DNA of 51,397 bases, the filler included, from Stramenopiles sp. TOSAG23-2 (Eukaryota): the NCBI GenBank assembly GCA_900128395.1. It is 2 parts of 2 records of this genome, joined end to end, with 100 filler letters (N's around TTAATTAATTAA, not from the genome) between each part and the next. Parts side by side here need not be neighbours in the genome. Positions count along the whole stretch, not along the records: positions 1 to 25,673 come from LT649450.1; 1 more part is not named here. One strand, given 5' to 3'. The notes under the pieces are model-generated. The model did not search any database, was not told the origin of the DNA, and saw only the letters and a program-made list of their open reading frames with translations. Every line of letters begins with the position of its first letter. Position 1 is the first letter of the stretch. The position numbers were made by a program, and so were the translations under genes. Below are positions 1 to 11,168 of the stretch, piece after piece.

Positions 1-47
1 TACACAGCACTGGTTATTTGTTCATTGCCAATAACCAGTCCTGTGTA
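1..47. repeat. Inverted repeat at contig end (18-bp arms, 1 mismatch)
   Basis: tacacagcactggttatt (1-18) pairs with aataaccagtcctgtgta (30-47). ctgtgtacctg (41-51) is the reverse complement of caggtacacag, repeated at the far end of the window. Confidence 0.85.
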
Positions 48-207
48 CCTGTTAACCCGGAAGTCGGTAGGAAAATCGCATATAGATAAGTACAATAATT
101 AGTAGTCCAAATAAGAATCACCATATTCAAGAGAAATTTAGCGATTTTTTAAAGAATTATCCTGGTTTAGGTTAGCAGCAAAAACCGCTTTCAATTTCTG
201 ATACATG

Positions 208-284
208 TAGTCGGAACACACGACGCTCAGCAATATAAATTTCTGAATTTATATTATTAATATGAGCGTCGTGTGTTCCGACTA
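208..284. repeat. Perfect 22-bp inverted repeat, MITE-like or fold-back hairpin
   Basis: tagtcggaacacacgacgctca (208-229) and tgagcgtcgtgtgttccgacta (263-284) are exact reverse complements. Inner aatataaat/atttatatt also pair. TA at both outer ends. Confidence 0.85.
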
Positions 285-372
285 TTTCTGAATATGAAAA
301 AGTTATGGTTTTAAATTTAAACGCACGCGCGCACAAAAAACAATCTTGAAGAGAGTGGAGTGTTTCAAATTT

Positions 373-1479
373 TTAATCTAATTGTTTCAATTGAAAAAAA
401 CGCGATTCTGGCATCATATAATTCAAATCATTCTTTAAAGAATAATCAAAATTATCAACATCATTTAAATCACCTGTTTGCCACATACCACCTATACCAC
501 TTCCATTGCCTCTATATACATCCCCTAAAACTAATCTAGGATCTGGATACGATGCCAATGCTTTTGCAATATCGTTTACACTAACAACACCTGGCATATC
601 ATGTGTATCAGGGCGATTTACTGATAATTGAAAATGTACATGGGAAGGCCAATCACCATTTTCATTTCGATCACCCATCCATCCAATGATTTCACCTTTT
701 TTTATTTCCTGTCCAATTGATTTGCCTTCAATACTTTTTCCAGACAAATGCCCATATAATGAATACAATGATTTAAAATCCTCCTCTTCATTTTCATATG
801 GATTTGGAATTTCTTGAACTGTTATAATAACATTTCCATAATCACCTTTTGCAGGATTATAACCAAAATGAAGTATTTTACAATCACAAAATGAATAAAT
901 TGGTGTATTCACAGGTGCCCCAATATCGATCCCCATATGGACATCTCGAACACCGTTGAATCCGTCAACTTTATTTTCTTCCTTTTTAAATAAATCAGTT
1001 TCATACATATTTCTTCTTCTTTCATTATATTTACCAATATCGTATCCACCCTTTGGTATCTCAACTTTGTCACCATTTATACCATTTGTAAAATTACGAA
1101 TAATAACTGGGAAATTGCTATCAATTTGAACAATTGGTCCAAACATATTATTTTCACGTGCTGGATCCAAAATGGCTTTTCTCCAAACTTGCATTGTATG
1201 TACAATATGATATCCTGAATATACATTACTGCGTTGTACCCCTCGCATCCAATAAGGCATTTGTTCGCACCATTCTGCCCCTTTTTCTGCTGGGTATTTT
1301 TTCTCTAATTCTTCTTTTATCTCATGACTAAGTTTACCTTCTTCTTTTTGTAATTTATCTATAAATTCTCTTGGCTCCTGGCGTTGAATTTCATTAATAT
1401 TATTATTACTATCATCATTGTTATTATCTTCATCTGTTTTCTCACCGATAACATTTTTGTTTTCTACAATTGATGCCAT
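373..1479 (-). CDS. Peptidase family M23 protein, bacterial-like
   Basis: 368-aa ORF with HMGID (HxxxD), GDYGNVI, YSLYGHLS, GQEIKKGEIIGWMG and ENGDWPSHVHFQ (HxH) motifs. Confidence 0.85.
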   Translation of the reverse strand: MASIVENKNVIGEKTDEDNNNDDSNNNINEIQRQEPREFIDKLQKEEGKLSHEIKEELEKKYPAEKGAEWCEQMPYWMRGVQRSNVYSGYHIVHTMQVWRKAILDPARENNMFGPIVQIDSNFPVIIRNFTNGINGDKVEIPKGGYDIGKYNERRRNMYETDLFKKEENKVDGFNGVRDVHMGIDIGAPVNTPIYSFCDCKILHFGYNPAKGDYGNVIITVQEIPNPYENEEEDFKSLYSLYGHLSGKSIEGKSIGQEIKKGEIIGWMGDRNENGDWPSHVHFQLSVNRPDTHDMPGVVSVNDIAKALASYPDPRLVLGDVYRGNGSGIGGMWQTGDLNDVDNFDYSLKNDLNYMMPESRFFQLKQLD

Positions 1480-1853
1480 AATATATCTTGTCTATATATA
1501 TATATATATATATATTCAACTTCGTATTTTCTGTGTATCCATATATGTATTATATATGCGTGCGGTCAAATTGTATTATCTATTTTCTGTATCTATCTAT
1601 AGCTATAATATATATCTCTTCAATGAAGAATGAATTATAAGTGCGTCTTTCTCTCCTCTGTACTACCCCTCAACAAAAATCAACAACAAACAAACAAAAT
1701 AAACAAAAAGATAGTATGTATCTATAGCTATACATACAAAAAAAAAGAATTTATACAGCGAACAATATCAATAATACGATATGAATTGAAATCAATACTA
1801 TTATTTTATTCTCTTCTCTCCTCTACCTCCCCCCCTTCCCCTATCTTGTATCA

Positions 1854-2169
1854 ATGTCAAAAAAATTACGTATAGGAATACTTGGCGCAGCTAAAATTAA
1901 TAAAAATGCATTATTAGATCCTTGTAAAAAGATATCAGACCAAGTGGTTATAACAGCAATTGCTGCTAGAGATAAAGCAAGACAACCCGTTACCAAATGG
2001 TTCGCATTTTGAATGGACTATTAAAGCATTGAATAATGGAAAACATGTCTTATGTGAAAAGCCATTTGCAAGTAACTCTCGCGAAGCTCGTATTATGGTA
2101 ATGAGTGTTATAGACGAAGTTTATAAAATGGCAAATATGAATGTTCGACATGGTCCAAGTAAATTATAA
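1854..2169 (+). pseudogene. Gfo/Idh/MocA oxidoreductase with two internal deletions and a frameshift
   Basis: ATG at 1854 gives MSKKLRIGILGAAKINKNALLDP...IAARDKAR. At ~1983 the frame shifts into [25 protein letters not shown], then at ~2100 the sequence jumps to a C-terminus (VIDEVYK...SKL). Confidence 0.8.
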
Positions 2170-2535
2170 AAATATAAAAGATCCACATCTCTAATATTAA
2201 ATTATTTTGTGTGTTATCAATATGATATATGTGTAATATTACGAACGTATTCACAAAATTTAAAAAGTCAATTTTTATGTTACATGTATATTAATATTTT
2301 TTTATTTTTCTTTTAAAAATTATTTAAAGAAACGTTTTTCAGAAAACAACTGAAAACGCCTGGCTCTAGAAGAGATTCTCTCTCTATAGTATATATTATT
2401 TTTTCCAGAGGAGTGGTGTATCATACTTTCGTATCATATATATACCACTTCGCGTAATATGTATCACACATGCATATCTCACACACATATATATATATAT
2501 ATATATAATGTTAACCACATATATTAAACACTTCA

Positions 2536-3387
2536 TTATTCATCCATGGCAAATAATCCATCATCATCATCATCATCTCCTTGAACATCGTCTTCAAGTT
2601 CAGCATCTGACAATGAAATATTAAGGTCATCTCTTTGATTTTCTGTATCATTATTATTATCATTCATATTGTTATTGTTGTTATTCATATTAATTTTATT
2701 GTTGTTGTTCTTTACTTCTTCCATCAACAACCTACCTTCATTATCATCTTTACATAAATTTAATTCATCTAGTAAACTTTCCGATGGATGTTCCATCAAA
2801 ACCGATAATGCTGTTCGTGTCCCCCCAGAAGACCCAGCTCTAAAACTACGTGATAAATTTTGTTGCGGTTGTTTCACATTTTGCTCTACCGGTAGTATCC
2901 CTTGTATTTCCTCCTTTGTTAAATCTTTATCAAAAACTTCATTATCGCGTGTTATTAAAAATTGCCTACGAGCGTTGTTAGCAGCATTTGCCATGAACGA
3001 TGTATTTGGCATAGAGGCAGATACACGTGTCATGGACGTGCCTACTTCGCCATATGATTTGCTTATCTGTGGATTGGTTGGTGGCAATGAAAAATCTGGA
3101 ATGCGTTGTTGTATATGAGAAGGTTCAGTCATGGATCCTATTATTGGTGCACGTGGTGCTGGCATAGATTTAGACAACCAAAACTTATCCGGTGATTCAC
3201 CATCATTCTTCCTACGTATAGCTATTGGATTCGACCGTTGCCTTGATACTGCTTGAGGGGCAGTATTACCATTATTCGTATTTCCATTTCCACCTATTGT
3301 TAAAGACATACTGTTCATATTGAAATTATTATTATTCATTGTTGTTGATATATTATTATTATTTGGTTGTATGGGTGGCCTATTCAT
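2536..3387 (-). CDS. Hypothetical low-complexity protein (Asn/Ser-rich, acidic C-terminus)
   Basis: 283-aa ATG-initiated ORF with AT-rich flanks; no family recognised. Confidence 0.7.
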   Translation of the reverse strand: MNRPPIQPNNNNISTTMNNNNFNMNSMSLTIGGNGNTNNGNTAPQAVSRQRSNPIAIRRKNDGESPDKFWLSKSMPAPRAPIIGSMTEPSHIQQRIPDFSLPPTNPQISKSYGEVGTSMTRVSASMPNTSFMANAANNARRQFLITRDNEVFDKDLTKEEIQGILPVEQNVKQPQQNLSRSFRAGSSGGTRTALSVLMEHPSESLLDELNLCKDDNEGRLLMEEVKNNNNKINMNNNNNNMNDNNNDTENQRDDLNISLSDAELEDDVQGDDDDDDGLFAMDE

Positions 3388-4534
3388 TATTATTATTTAT
3401 AATTTTATTTATATAAATTATATATATACCGTATACTATATAACCAAAAATGCAGAATATATTGTTGCTTCCCCTTGTTTACTTTTCTAAAACAATTCCT
3501 TATATGATATATTCTTACGTATTCTATATGAAAGGACGGTAATACATCCCACGTACCAACCACCAAATTGCATCACCACTATCAATAACACATTTGAATA
3601 TTGTTATCATTACGTGCATAATAATAATAATTTTGTGTTGTTTTTTTTTATTATTATTTTTTTATAAGAAGAAGAACTTTCTTCCGGCTATCCAGCTATC
3701 ATCTATTTCTGTCGAGTATTGTTACTTTTTATTCTGATGTGTATATGCTAATAAATACCTTATATATTGAAGATAAGTGGAAAATCCAGATAGCAGTACA
3801 GATAGCAGTACAGATATAGTAGTCTTCTATTAGATATATTCTATATAGGTCCTGGGTCCTGTGGACTTTTTAATTTAGAAGGTTAAAGTACGGTATCGTT
3901 TTTGTAACATAAAGTACCAGGCAGGCCACATCAGCACACAGATATAGGGAATTTAAATTAAACATGTAGTTGAGCGAGAAGTTGGGAAAAGTTAATTGGT
4001 CTATTAATGCTATTCGGATGCTGAATTGATTATAACCGAAATTCCAAAAAAACAAATGAAAATATGAAAATATATGATATAAATATCCGCATAAATTATA
4101 TTGATAGTGGTATAACTTATATTTATATATACTAATAAGTATAAAAACATGCTTCGTTCTGGAATTTCACCCAAATCCACCTAAATCCACCTGGCCTTAG
4201 GGCTGATGGCAATAATTATCTGGAATCCAGACTGCACATTTTTAGTTGTTGTTTGCCTGGTTTGTTTACTGTACAGTACTGTACTGTATGTTGTTGTTGT
4301 GGTTGTTTTAATAAAAAAAAATGAATTTTATAAATGGTTTTGGTTGGTGCTTTGGTTAAATAAACTGTAATAATAGATGAATATTTATATATGAAATAGT
4401 TAGGACAAGAATATTCTCAACAAAATATATTTGTAGTAATATATATATATACATATATAGTGTGTCTGTCTGTCTATATATATATATATATATATATATC
4501 TGTGTGTGTGTGCATATCTATCTACTCATATAAA

Positions 4535-5623
4535 ATGGGTTGCAATCAATCCTCACAACCGGATACGGTAATAGATAATAAAACTGCATTTATTCAAGGG
4601 GAAGGGGATGGACAAATGGCTTTATATTTGGATGAGGAAAAATTTCAAACAAGGGAAGGTCAAGTAGCTGAACCAATATCGCATCGACGACCATCCATGG
4701 AAATTCCATTGAATACAGATTTTGGCGTGAAATTAAAATATGGTGATATTTCGTTTGGTAAAACTATTGGAAGTGGTTCGTATGGAGAAGTATTTGAAGG
4801 TCATTACAAAGGTTATCATTGTGCAGTGAAAAAAATCTTTTTTGAAGATTCGGAAGAGGAGGAAGAAGATATATTGGAAGATTTTGCAAAGGAGGTCAAG
4901 ATTTGTAGTATATTGAGACACCCGCGCGTGTTGCGCTTTTTAGGGGCGGTAAACCGGGAGCCGAATTTTTGTATAGTGACAGAGTTAATGTCTGGCTCAG
5001 TGTCAACGTTGTTAAAAATGATTAATAAAAGCAAACACCATAGTCTCTCTTGGCGGCTTGTATTTGGTATTGCAATTGATGCAGCGAGAGGTGTAGAATA
5101 TTTGCACAACATGACGCCACAAATCATACACCGTGATTTGAAAGCAGAAAATTTATTATTAGATGAAGACTTCCGTTGTAAAATTAGTGACTTCGGTTTG
5201 TCTCGTGTATTTGAAAAAAAAGGGACAATGACAATTTGTGGTACCCCTAGTTGGGTTGCACCTGAAATTTTCCGTGGTGAAAAATACGATGAAACCGTGG
5301 ATGTTTACTCCTTTGGTATTGTCTTATGGGAATTGTTTTGCCAGAAAAAACCACATCGTAATTACGAGGCACAGCATATACCATATTTAGTTGCAGAAAA
5401 AGGATTGCGCCCAACCTTACCAAAACATTTACCACCAACATTAAATGCATTGATAGGTTCATGCTGGGATGAAAAACCAAAGAGACGTCCAAGATTTACC
5501 GCAATAGTAAAAGAATTGGAAAAAGCACAAACGGAAGTGAAACAAGAGGATGCAGTAGATCCACGAAAAAAATATGTGAAATATACTGCAGATCCATCAG
5601 AAATTGATGTGCGAGTGGATTAA
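4535..5623 (+). CDS. Tyrosine-kinase-like (TKL) protein kinase with N-terminal acylation motif
   Basis: Likely start MGCNQS at 4535; motifs GSGSYG, AVKK, HRDLKAEN, DFG, GTPSWVAPE, DVYSFG, CW..P..RP.F. Confidence 0.93.
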   Translation: MGCNQSSQPDTVIDNKTAFIQGEGDGQMALYLDEEKFQTREGQVAEPISHRRPSMEIPLNTDFGVKLKYGDISFGKTIGSGSYGEVFEGHYKGYHCAVKKIFFEDSEEEEEDILEDFAKEVKICSILRHPRVLRFLGAVNREPNFCIVTELMSGSVSTLLKMINKSKHHSLSWRLVFGIAIDAARGVEYLHNMTPQIIHRDLKAENLLLDEDFRCKISDFGLSRVFEKKGTMTICGTPSWVAPEIFRGEKYDETVDVYSFGIVLWELFCQKKPHRNYEAQHIPYLVAEKGLRPTLPKHLPPTLNALIGSCWDEKPKRRPRFTAIVKELEKAQTEVKQEDAVDPRKKYVKYTADPSEIDVRVD

Positions 5624-6386
5624 AACCAAATATATGGTACCCACACACGCATATTCCCAGATATAATAGCAGCATAAGTGTAATTAAATTATATATATAT
5701 ATATATTCTATGAATATATTTCATGTGTCGATGAAAAAAAGAATTGAATGAAAAGAGAGAGAGAGAGAGAGAGATATTCGTATATATATAAATTATATAT
5801 ATATAGAAGACGACAGGAAGTGTGTGACTTGGGGACGTAAAACACTAAAAGTTTTATGTTATTTGTTCAAGATTTTAACCATTTTTTTTTATTGTAATGA
5901 TTTAACCCTAACAAATCATATCATATTTATACTTGAACGAGAAATTAGAGTACGTTTTCCCCATCATCATTCGATTTTTCCTTTCCCAATCTTGGGATCT
6001 TGGGCACGTCTGTATATTAGCATGGAAATACAATAGCTAGTCTAAGAATGGTCTGCCCAGGCCCAGGCAGGCCCATCACCAGGCCACACCACCACTAATA
6101 TAAATACAGAGAACGAAAGAAGAATAAATGTATTTGAATGAACAAATAATCAATAGCTTAAAATGATTTTTAAAATATTAATAATATAATATAGATGACT
6201 AGAGATTGTATTGCGACTGTGTGTGTGTGTGTGTGTGTTTATGTTAACCTATACATAAAGAAGTGTGTGTGCGGTTTTCCAGTGTATCGCATCAGATAAG
6301 AAAAATATTCATTTTCTTCGCGTTTCCATATATATCTTTTCTTCTTTTTTATTTTCAATAGTGTATAGGAAGAGAAAAGACGTAAT

Positions 6387-7208
6387 ATGTCATCATCATC
6401 GACAGATGATTCATCGGATGTGGAATCATGGATAGAGTGGTTTTTATTACAGGAAGGCCATGAATTTTTTTGTGAAGTTGATAGGAATTATATTGAGGAT
6501 AACTTTAATTTGTATGGCTTAAGAACGGTAATTCCTCATTTTCGCACGTGTTTAAATATTATATTGGATGTTGCAGATAGCCATACGATCGATCATGAGT
6601 CCAATTACGACCAACATGCAATGGATTTGTATGGTTTAATACATGCAAGGTATATATTAACCAAAAGAGGTATGGAAAGGATGCTTAGAAAATATCGTAT
6701 AGGTGAATTTGGCATATGTCCTTGTATGGAATGTGCTGGGCAACCAGTATTACCAGTTGGTTTGAAAGATCAATTGCGTTATCACGAGGTGATGGTTTAT
6801 TGTGCACGTTGTAACAACATTTTTTATCCTGCAAATAAGCAGCAAAACTATAGGGAAGAACACCTGGACGGTGCATATTTTGGGTCCACATTTGCACATT
6901 TATTACTCATGCAATATCCAGCGTTACGTCCTAGTCCGCCACGCCCATCACCTAAATACGTACCAAAAGTATTTGGTTTCAAAATTCGATTGCCAAATAG
7001 TAATAATAACAACAATAGTAGTAGTAGTAGTAAGAAAAAAAACTCATCACAAGCTAAATTGAAAGATAGTAGTGGATCTGGACGATTAAATAAAGCATCA
7101 TCATCAAATGTAACAAATAATGCTGATACACAAGATGGAGATACAAAAATGACAGTTGTGGAAGCACCGGTAGCAAAAAGTAGCAATCAACAAATGCCAA
7201 CGCAATAA
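6387..7208 (+). CDS. CSNK2B: Casein kinase II regulatory (beta) subunit
   Basis: SWIEWF, FFCEVD..YIEDNFNLYGL, LYGLIHARYILT, CxxxxC...YCxxC zinc finger, DGAYFGSTF, YVPKVFGFKI. Confidence 0.95.
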   Translation: MSSSSTDDSSDVESWIEWFLLQEGHEFFCEVDRNYIEDNFNLYGLRTVIPHFRTCLNIILDVADSHTIDHESNYDQHAMDLYGLIHARYILTKRGMERMLRKYRIGEFGICPCMECAGQPVLPVGLKDQLRYHEVMVYCARCNNIFYPANKQQNYREEHLDGAYFGSTFAHLLLMQYPALRPSPPRPSPKYVPKVFGFKIRLPNSNNNNNSSSSSKKKNSSQAKLKDSSGSGRLNKASSSNVTNNADTQDGDTKMTVVEAPVAKSSNQQMPTQ

Positions 7209-7533
7209 AAAATTTAAAAATGCTCTCGCTATATTCGTATAAAAAAATGAGAAAAAAATATAATTTTAGATTTTAGGATATTACTCAATATCACATTTAA
7301 TACATATCATACGAAGTTCGTATTTAATAAGAGAGGAAAAAGTGTATTGATGTATACGAAGTATGATACTCGGTGTACATGTGTGTTAAAATTTTAAATG
7401 TGATTAAAATTTTATACGTACCCAAAAAAATACGAACTACGAAGTATGTACACCACACATATACGAAAGTATAAAAATATTATTTTTGCTGTTTAATTTT
7501 TTTAATTTTCATATATCTTCTCTCTCTCTCTAA

Positions 7534-8040
7534 CTAAAATCCTTCCGGTACAATCTTAGTTCCACTACCATTTCGATTTTTTATAGAATTTCCCTTTTCA
7601 TCTTCTTCTTGTTCTTCATTTAATCCAGGGATATGTACTTTGGGAAAGTAGTTGTATATCTTTCGTTCAATCTTAACAAATTTATCATAGATACGATCTC
7701 CGACATATTTTTTCCTCAAATCACCACCGTATAATTTTTCTAAATTCTCTTCCCTTCGAAGATTTCCCAAAATATCTTGATACGCTTGATCAATAATTGT
7801 AACAAACATCGTAAATAATATATACAAAGTTAATATCGCATAAACGGTTAACAAATAAGGTCCTAAATATCTTAATTCTGTTCCTGCGAATTGATCGTAA
7901 TCTCTGCGATATAGAAAAAAAAAGAAAAAAGAAGTTAGATATATACATTAGTCTATACATATATGACACACTTTGTCAGGAAAATGGGTAAAAACTTACA
8001 TGTCCCCGATAAAACTTCTACCGATAGAATTCAAGGCATT
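7534..8040 (-). pseudogene. 3' fragment (pore loop + S6) of a polycystin-2/TRPP-like channel; intron 7904-7999
   Basis: Spliced minus strand reads NALNSIGRSFIGDI/DYDQF..LRYLGPYLLTVY...FTMFVTIIDQAY. GTAAGT donor at 7999, CTAAC branch point, pyrimidine tract, CAG acceptor at 7904, frame preserved. In-frame TGA just upstream of 8040, so the 5' part is missing. Confidence 0.75.
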
Positions 8041-9522
8041 TCAAGCGAATTTTTTATTTATGATGCAGTGATGCAATTGTTTGAGATACAAAAAATTACC
8101 TCAAAGCAAGAAATACGACAGGAAATACGTTCATTGATACGTAAAGCGGTGATAATGGATAAGGAAATTGATATGCAATGGCAGAAAACAAACAAAAACA
8201 CTATGGCCAGATTAAGTACCATTGAAGATGAAAACGAAAAGTGGATAAACTGGCAACTATATCAATCTGGAGAACTTTTTTTGCCTAAACAACAACAACA
8301 ACAACAAGAAGGAATAGGCATGAGGGGTATTAAAACTCATAAAATGATGCATCATCAAGAATTTAATTTAATTGGGTCGTTTCAATTTGGTGCAAAAATA
8401 TCAGATGTGGATAATGATGGGTATCAAGACTTAATAATAAGTGGTGATTTTGGCACGAGCAATATATATTGGAACAATCATAATGAATCATTTATAAAAG
8501 GATCGTTTGATTTAATTGAGGATATTTTAGATAATTCCATGGGTGCAACTGTTGGCGATTACAATCTAGATGGAAAATTAGATGTTTTGTTTACGTCTAC
8601 ATCAATTACTGATGATGATTTAAAATCGTTGAATTCAATCACAACGACAGCTGGTATGATTTTAAATTTTCGAGGCAATCATTTGTACAGAAATGTAGGT
8701 AACAGAAAATTTGAAGACGTTACCGATCAAGTTGGAATACGTGAGAGTGGATGGGGCTGGGGGGCTTTTTTTTTTGACTTTGACAATGATGGAGATTTAG
8801 ATACGTTTAACGGTAATGGAATGGATGACCCTGAGACTACGGATGATGATTTTGCGGTGAACCAGAAAGCACGATTATATGTTAATCAAGGGTATGAGGA
8901 AAAATTTAAAATGTTAGATGAAGCTTTTGTTAGAGGCATAGCAGATAGAGGTGATAATAGAGGCGCAATGACTTTAGATTTTGATAAGGATGGCGATTTA
9001 GATATTTTGCTAGTAAACCATGGATCTGAATTGAAGCTGTATGAAAATAATAATGGTAATTATTTTGATTTTCTAAAAGTATACGTCAAAGAAAGTGTCT
9101 ATGGTAGAACCAGCATTGGTGCAAAAGTTTGGGTTGAACTTTATTCACAAGATGATGATGATACGGAAGTGTCGCTTCATTATATGCAAGAAGTAGGGAG
9201 CAATGCTGCATTTTTAGGTCAATCAGAAGCGTGTGCACACTTTGGGTTGGGAAAGTTACAACAACAACAGTTTGTTCCAACGGAAAATGGCCATGATGAT
9301 GATGTTAACAGTGATATCAGTAACAATCTACATTACATCTACAATGTAACCATACAATGGCCATTCGTTGATGGTAAACAATATGTGGAAACATATTTGA
9401 ATAACATCCCCACGCGTTCTGAAATTATTGTTGCAAAACCCAATGGATGGAAGAAGAATTTATATCAAGTCTACGATGGCCTCGATAAAATAAATGAAAA
9501 TAATTTTTGTTTGGGCTATTAA
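8041..9522 (+). CDS. CRTAC1-like FG-GAP repeat + ASPIC/UnbV protein, probably 5'-truncated
   Basis: DVDNDGYQDL, DYNLDGKLD, WGWG..FFDFDNDGDLD, DFDKDGDLD repeats; IGAKV...FLGQS...HFGLG...IQWP. The ORF-track start at 7963 is antisense to the PKD2-like intron/exon. Confidence 0.8.
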   Translation, partial: SSEFFIYDAVMQLFEIQKITSKQEIRQEIRSLIRKAVIMDKEIDMQWQKTNKNTMARLSTIEDENEKWINWQLYQSGELFLPKQQQQQQEGIGMRGIKTHKMMHHQEFNLIGSFQFGAKISDVDNDGYQDLIISGDFGTSNIYWNNHNESFIKGSFDLIEDILDNSMGATVGDYNLDGKLDVLFTSTSITDDDLKSLNSITTTAGMILNFRGNHLYRNVGNRKFEDVTDQVGIRESGWGWGAFFFDFDNDGDLDTFNGNGMDDPETTDDDFAVNQKARLYVNQGYEEKFKMLDEAFVRGIADRGDNRGAMTLDFDKDGDLDILLVNHGSELKLYENNNGNYFDFLKVYVKESVYGRTSIGAKVWVELYSQDDDDTEVSLHYMQEVGSNAAFLGQSEACAHFGLGKLQQQQFVPTENGHDDDVNSDISNNLHYIYNVTIQWPFVDGKQYVETYLNNIPTRSEIIVAKPNGWKKNLYQVYDGLDKINENNFCLGY

Positions 9523-9754
9523 AAACTTGCGAGATTAATATTATTATTTTATACGATTTCTTCACGACTAAATACGTTCAGTAAAAAATTATTTACGCGC
9601 GTATACACACTTTTGTACGGCTTCTTACTTCGAAATGACTACTCTATATTATTCATCTTAATAATTGACTCTATCGTAAATTTATCTGCACACATCTCCT
9701 AGATTTATCTACTTCTTTGACTAAATGACGTTTGAATATGACTGGAAAATGTTT

Positions 9755-10300
9755 TTACGAACTATCATACTTGTTTGTGGTTTCAGTAGCATTTTTTATA
9801 TTGCCTTTTTGTTTACCCTGTCTCTTTATACTAGTTAAAGCATTTGGGCCTAGCTTTGCTTTCGCTGTTGCTGGCATAGCCTCATAAGATTTTTCTGAAG
9901 ATTCTTCTGGATCAGGCAACTTATCAACAATAGGACCTTCCTTTTTCTTCATTGGAGCTGGAGGCACTTCTCTTTCTTTAAGAATACGCACATTCTCTGC
10001 TTCTGCTTTTTGTACTGCTTCTTTTTCTGCTGGGGCTAAAGGTAAAGTTTTAGGTTGCACTGGTGCAGGTTCTGGTGGTGGCGGTGGTGGTGGCGGCGGC
10101 GGTGGCGATGGTGGTGTACACCCACATCCACAGGTAGTAACTGGTTGAACTATATGGCAACAGCCACAACTACTACTTGTTGCTACAATTGATACTGGTT
10201 CTGTTTGGTCAATGGTGGTGCCTTTAAGATTTTTTCCATGAGAAACAGCTACCAAGACTAACGACAAAACTACAATTATTGAAATTCTTCTTAATTTCAT
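9755..10300 (-). CDS. Secreted Cys/Pro-rich hypothetical protein
   Basis: Signal-peptide-like N-terminus (MKLRRISIIVVLSLVLVAVSHG), CGCC and CGCGC clusters, poly-Pro tract. Confidence 0.8.
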   Translation of the reverse strand: MKLRRISIIVVLSLVLVAVSHGKNLKGTTIDQTEPVSIVATSSSCGCCHIVQPVTTCGCGCTPPSPPPPPPPPPPPEPAPVQPKTLPLAPAEKEAVQKAEAENVRILKEREVPPAPMKKKEGPIVDKLPDPEESSEKSYEAMPATAKAKLGPNALTSIKRQGKQKGNIKNATETTNKYDSS

Positions 10301-11168
10301 TATCTTATATATATATATATATGCAAATCTTTGGTGGATAATATTCCGACAATTTATGAAATTAATATATTGTTATTGTGTGCTCTTCTGTGTGTATTTA
10401 CGAGGAAATATTTATTTTTGTTGTTTATAATATTTGCCCTCTTTTTTCGTTTTTTTGGTTGGGTTGTGTTTGCCCTTCTTCAATTTTCTTTATGTTTATT
10501 TTTAACACCTAAGATTCCTTTTTAAATCTTTTGTAAGAACCTGTTTTGATATTTTGGTATTGAAATCTGTATTATTTACCTGTTCCTTTGTTTTTTAATA
10601 TATTTCTTTATTTCTATGATAATGAAATAAACGCTTTTTTAATTTAAAAAACTTAGGAAGTGGCGTACAAAAGTACCATACTACCATAATAGTTAATACA
10701 GTGATAGTCTATTACTGACAGCCTGACAGCTGCCATAATGTTAATGTTTATAGTTAGTCGTCGATATTATCCTGGAATATACCATTCATTATACGCCTGC
10801 TCAGAAAAATACTACAGTGTAAATACTTTAAATACTATGTGCTATTGCCTGTTTGCAAAAAAAAAAAGTCTGGGGGGGGGCATCATTTTTATTTATAGTG
10901 CTATTCACCTCCTATAATCAAAAATCAACAATTATACAGTAACAATTAATATGAAGAGTGCCTGGAGTGCAAGAAAGAACTTTTTGTTCGATTTTATAAA
11001 TATGTAAGTCCGACGAGATATTTAGTTATATTGGTAGAAATGGAAAATAGAAAAGTAAACACACTTTTTATGTTCAACTTGGCGACAAATTTTAATCACG
11101 TTAGTCCCCGATAAGGGTTGTATATATAGATAAAGAGAGAAAGGATAACAAAGAGAATAATATTTATA

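Noticed and set aside
3787-3823. cagatagcagta x2-3 tandem
   Set aside because: Ordinary short minisatellite with no further support.
4460-4534. Upstream GTG start of the kinase
   Set aside because: Runs through (TA)n/(TG)n microsatellites; MGCNQS at 4535 is the plausible start.
7963-8040. ORF-track N-terminus of the FG-GAP protein
   Set aside because: It is the antisense of the PKD2-like intron and exon.
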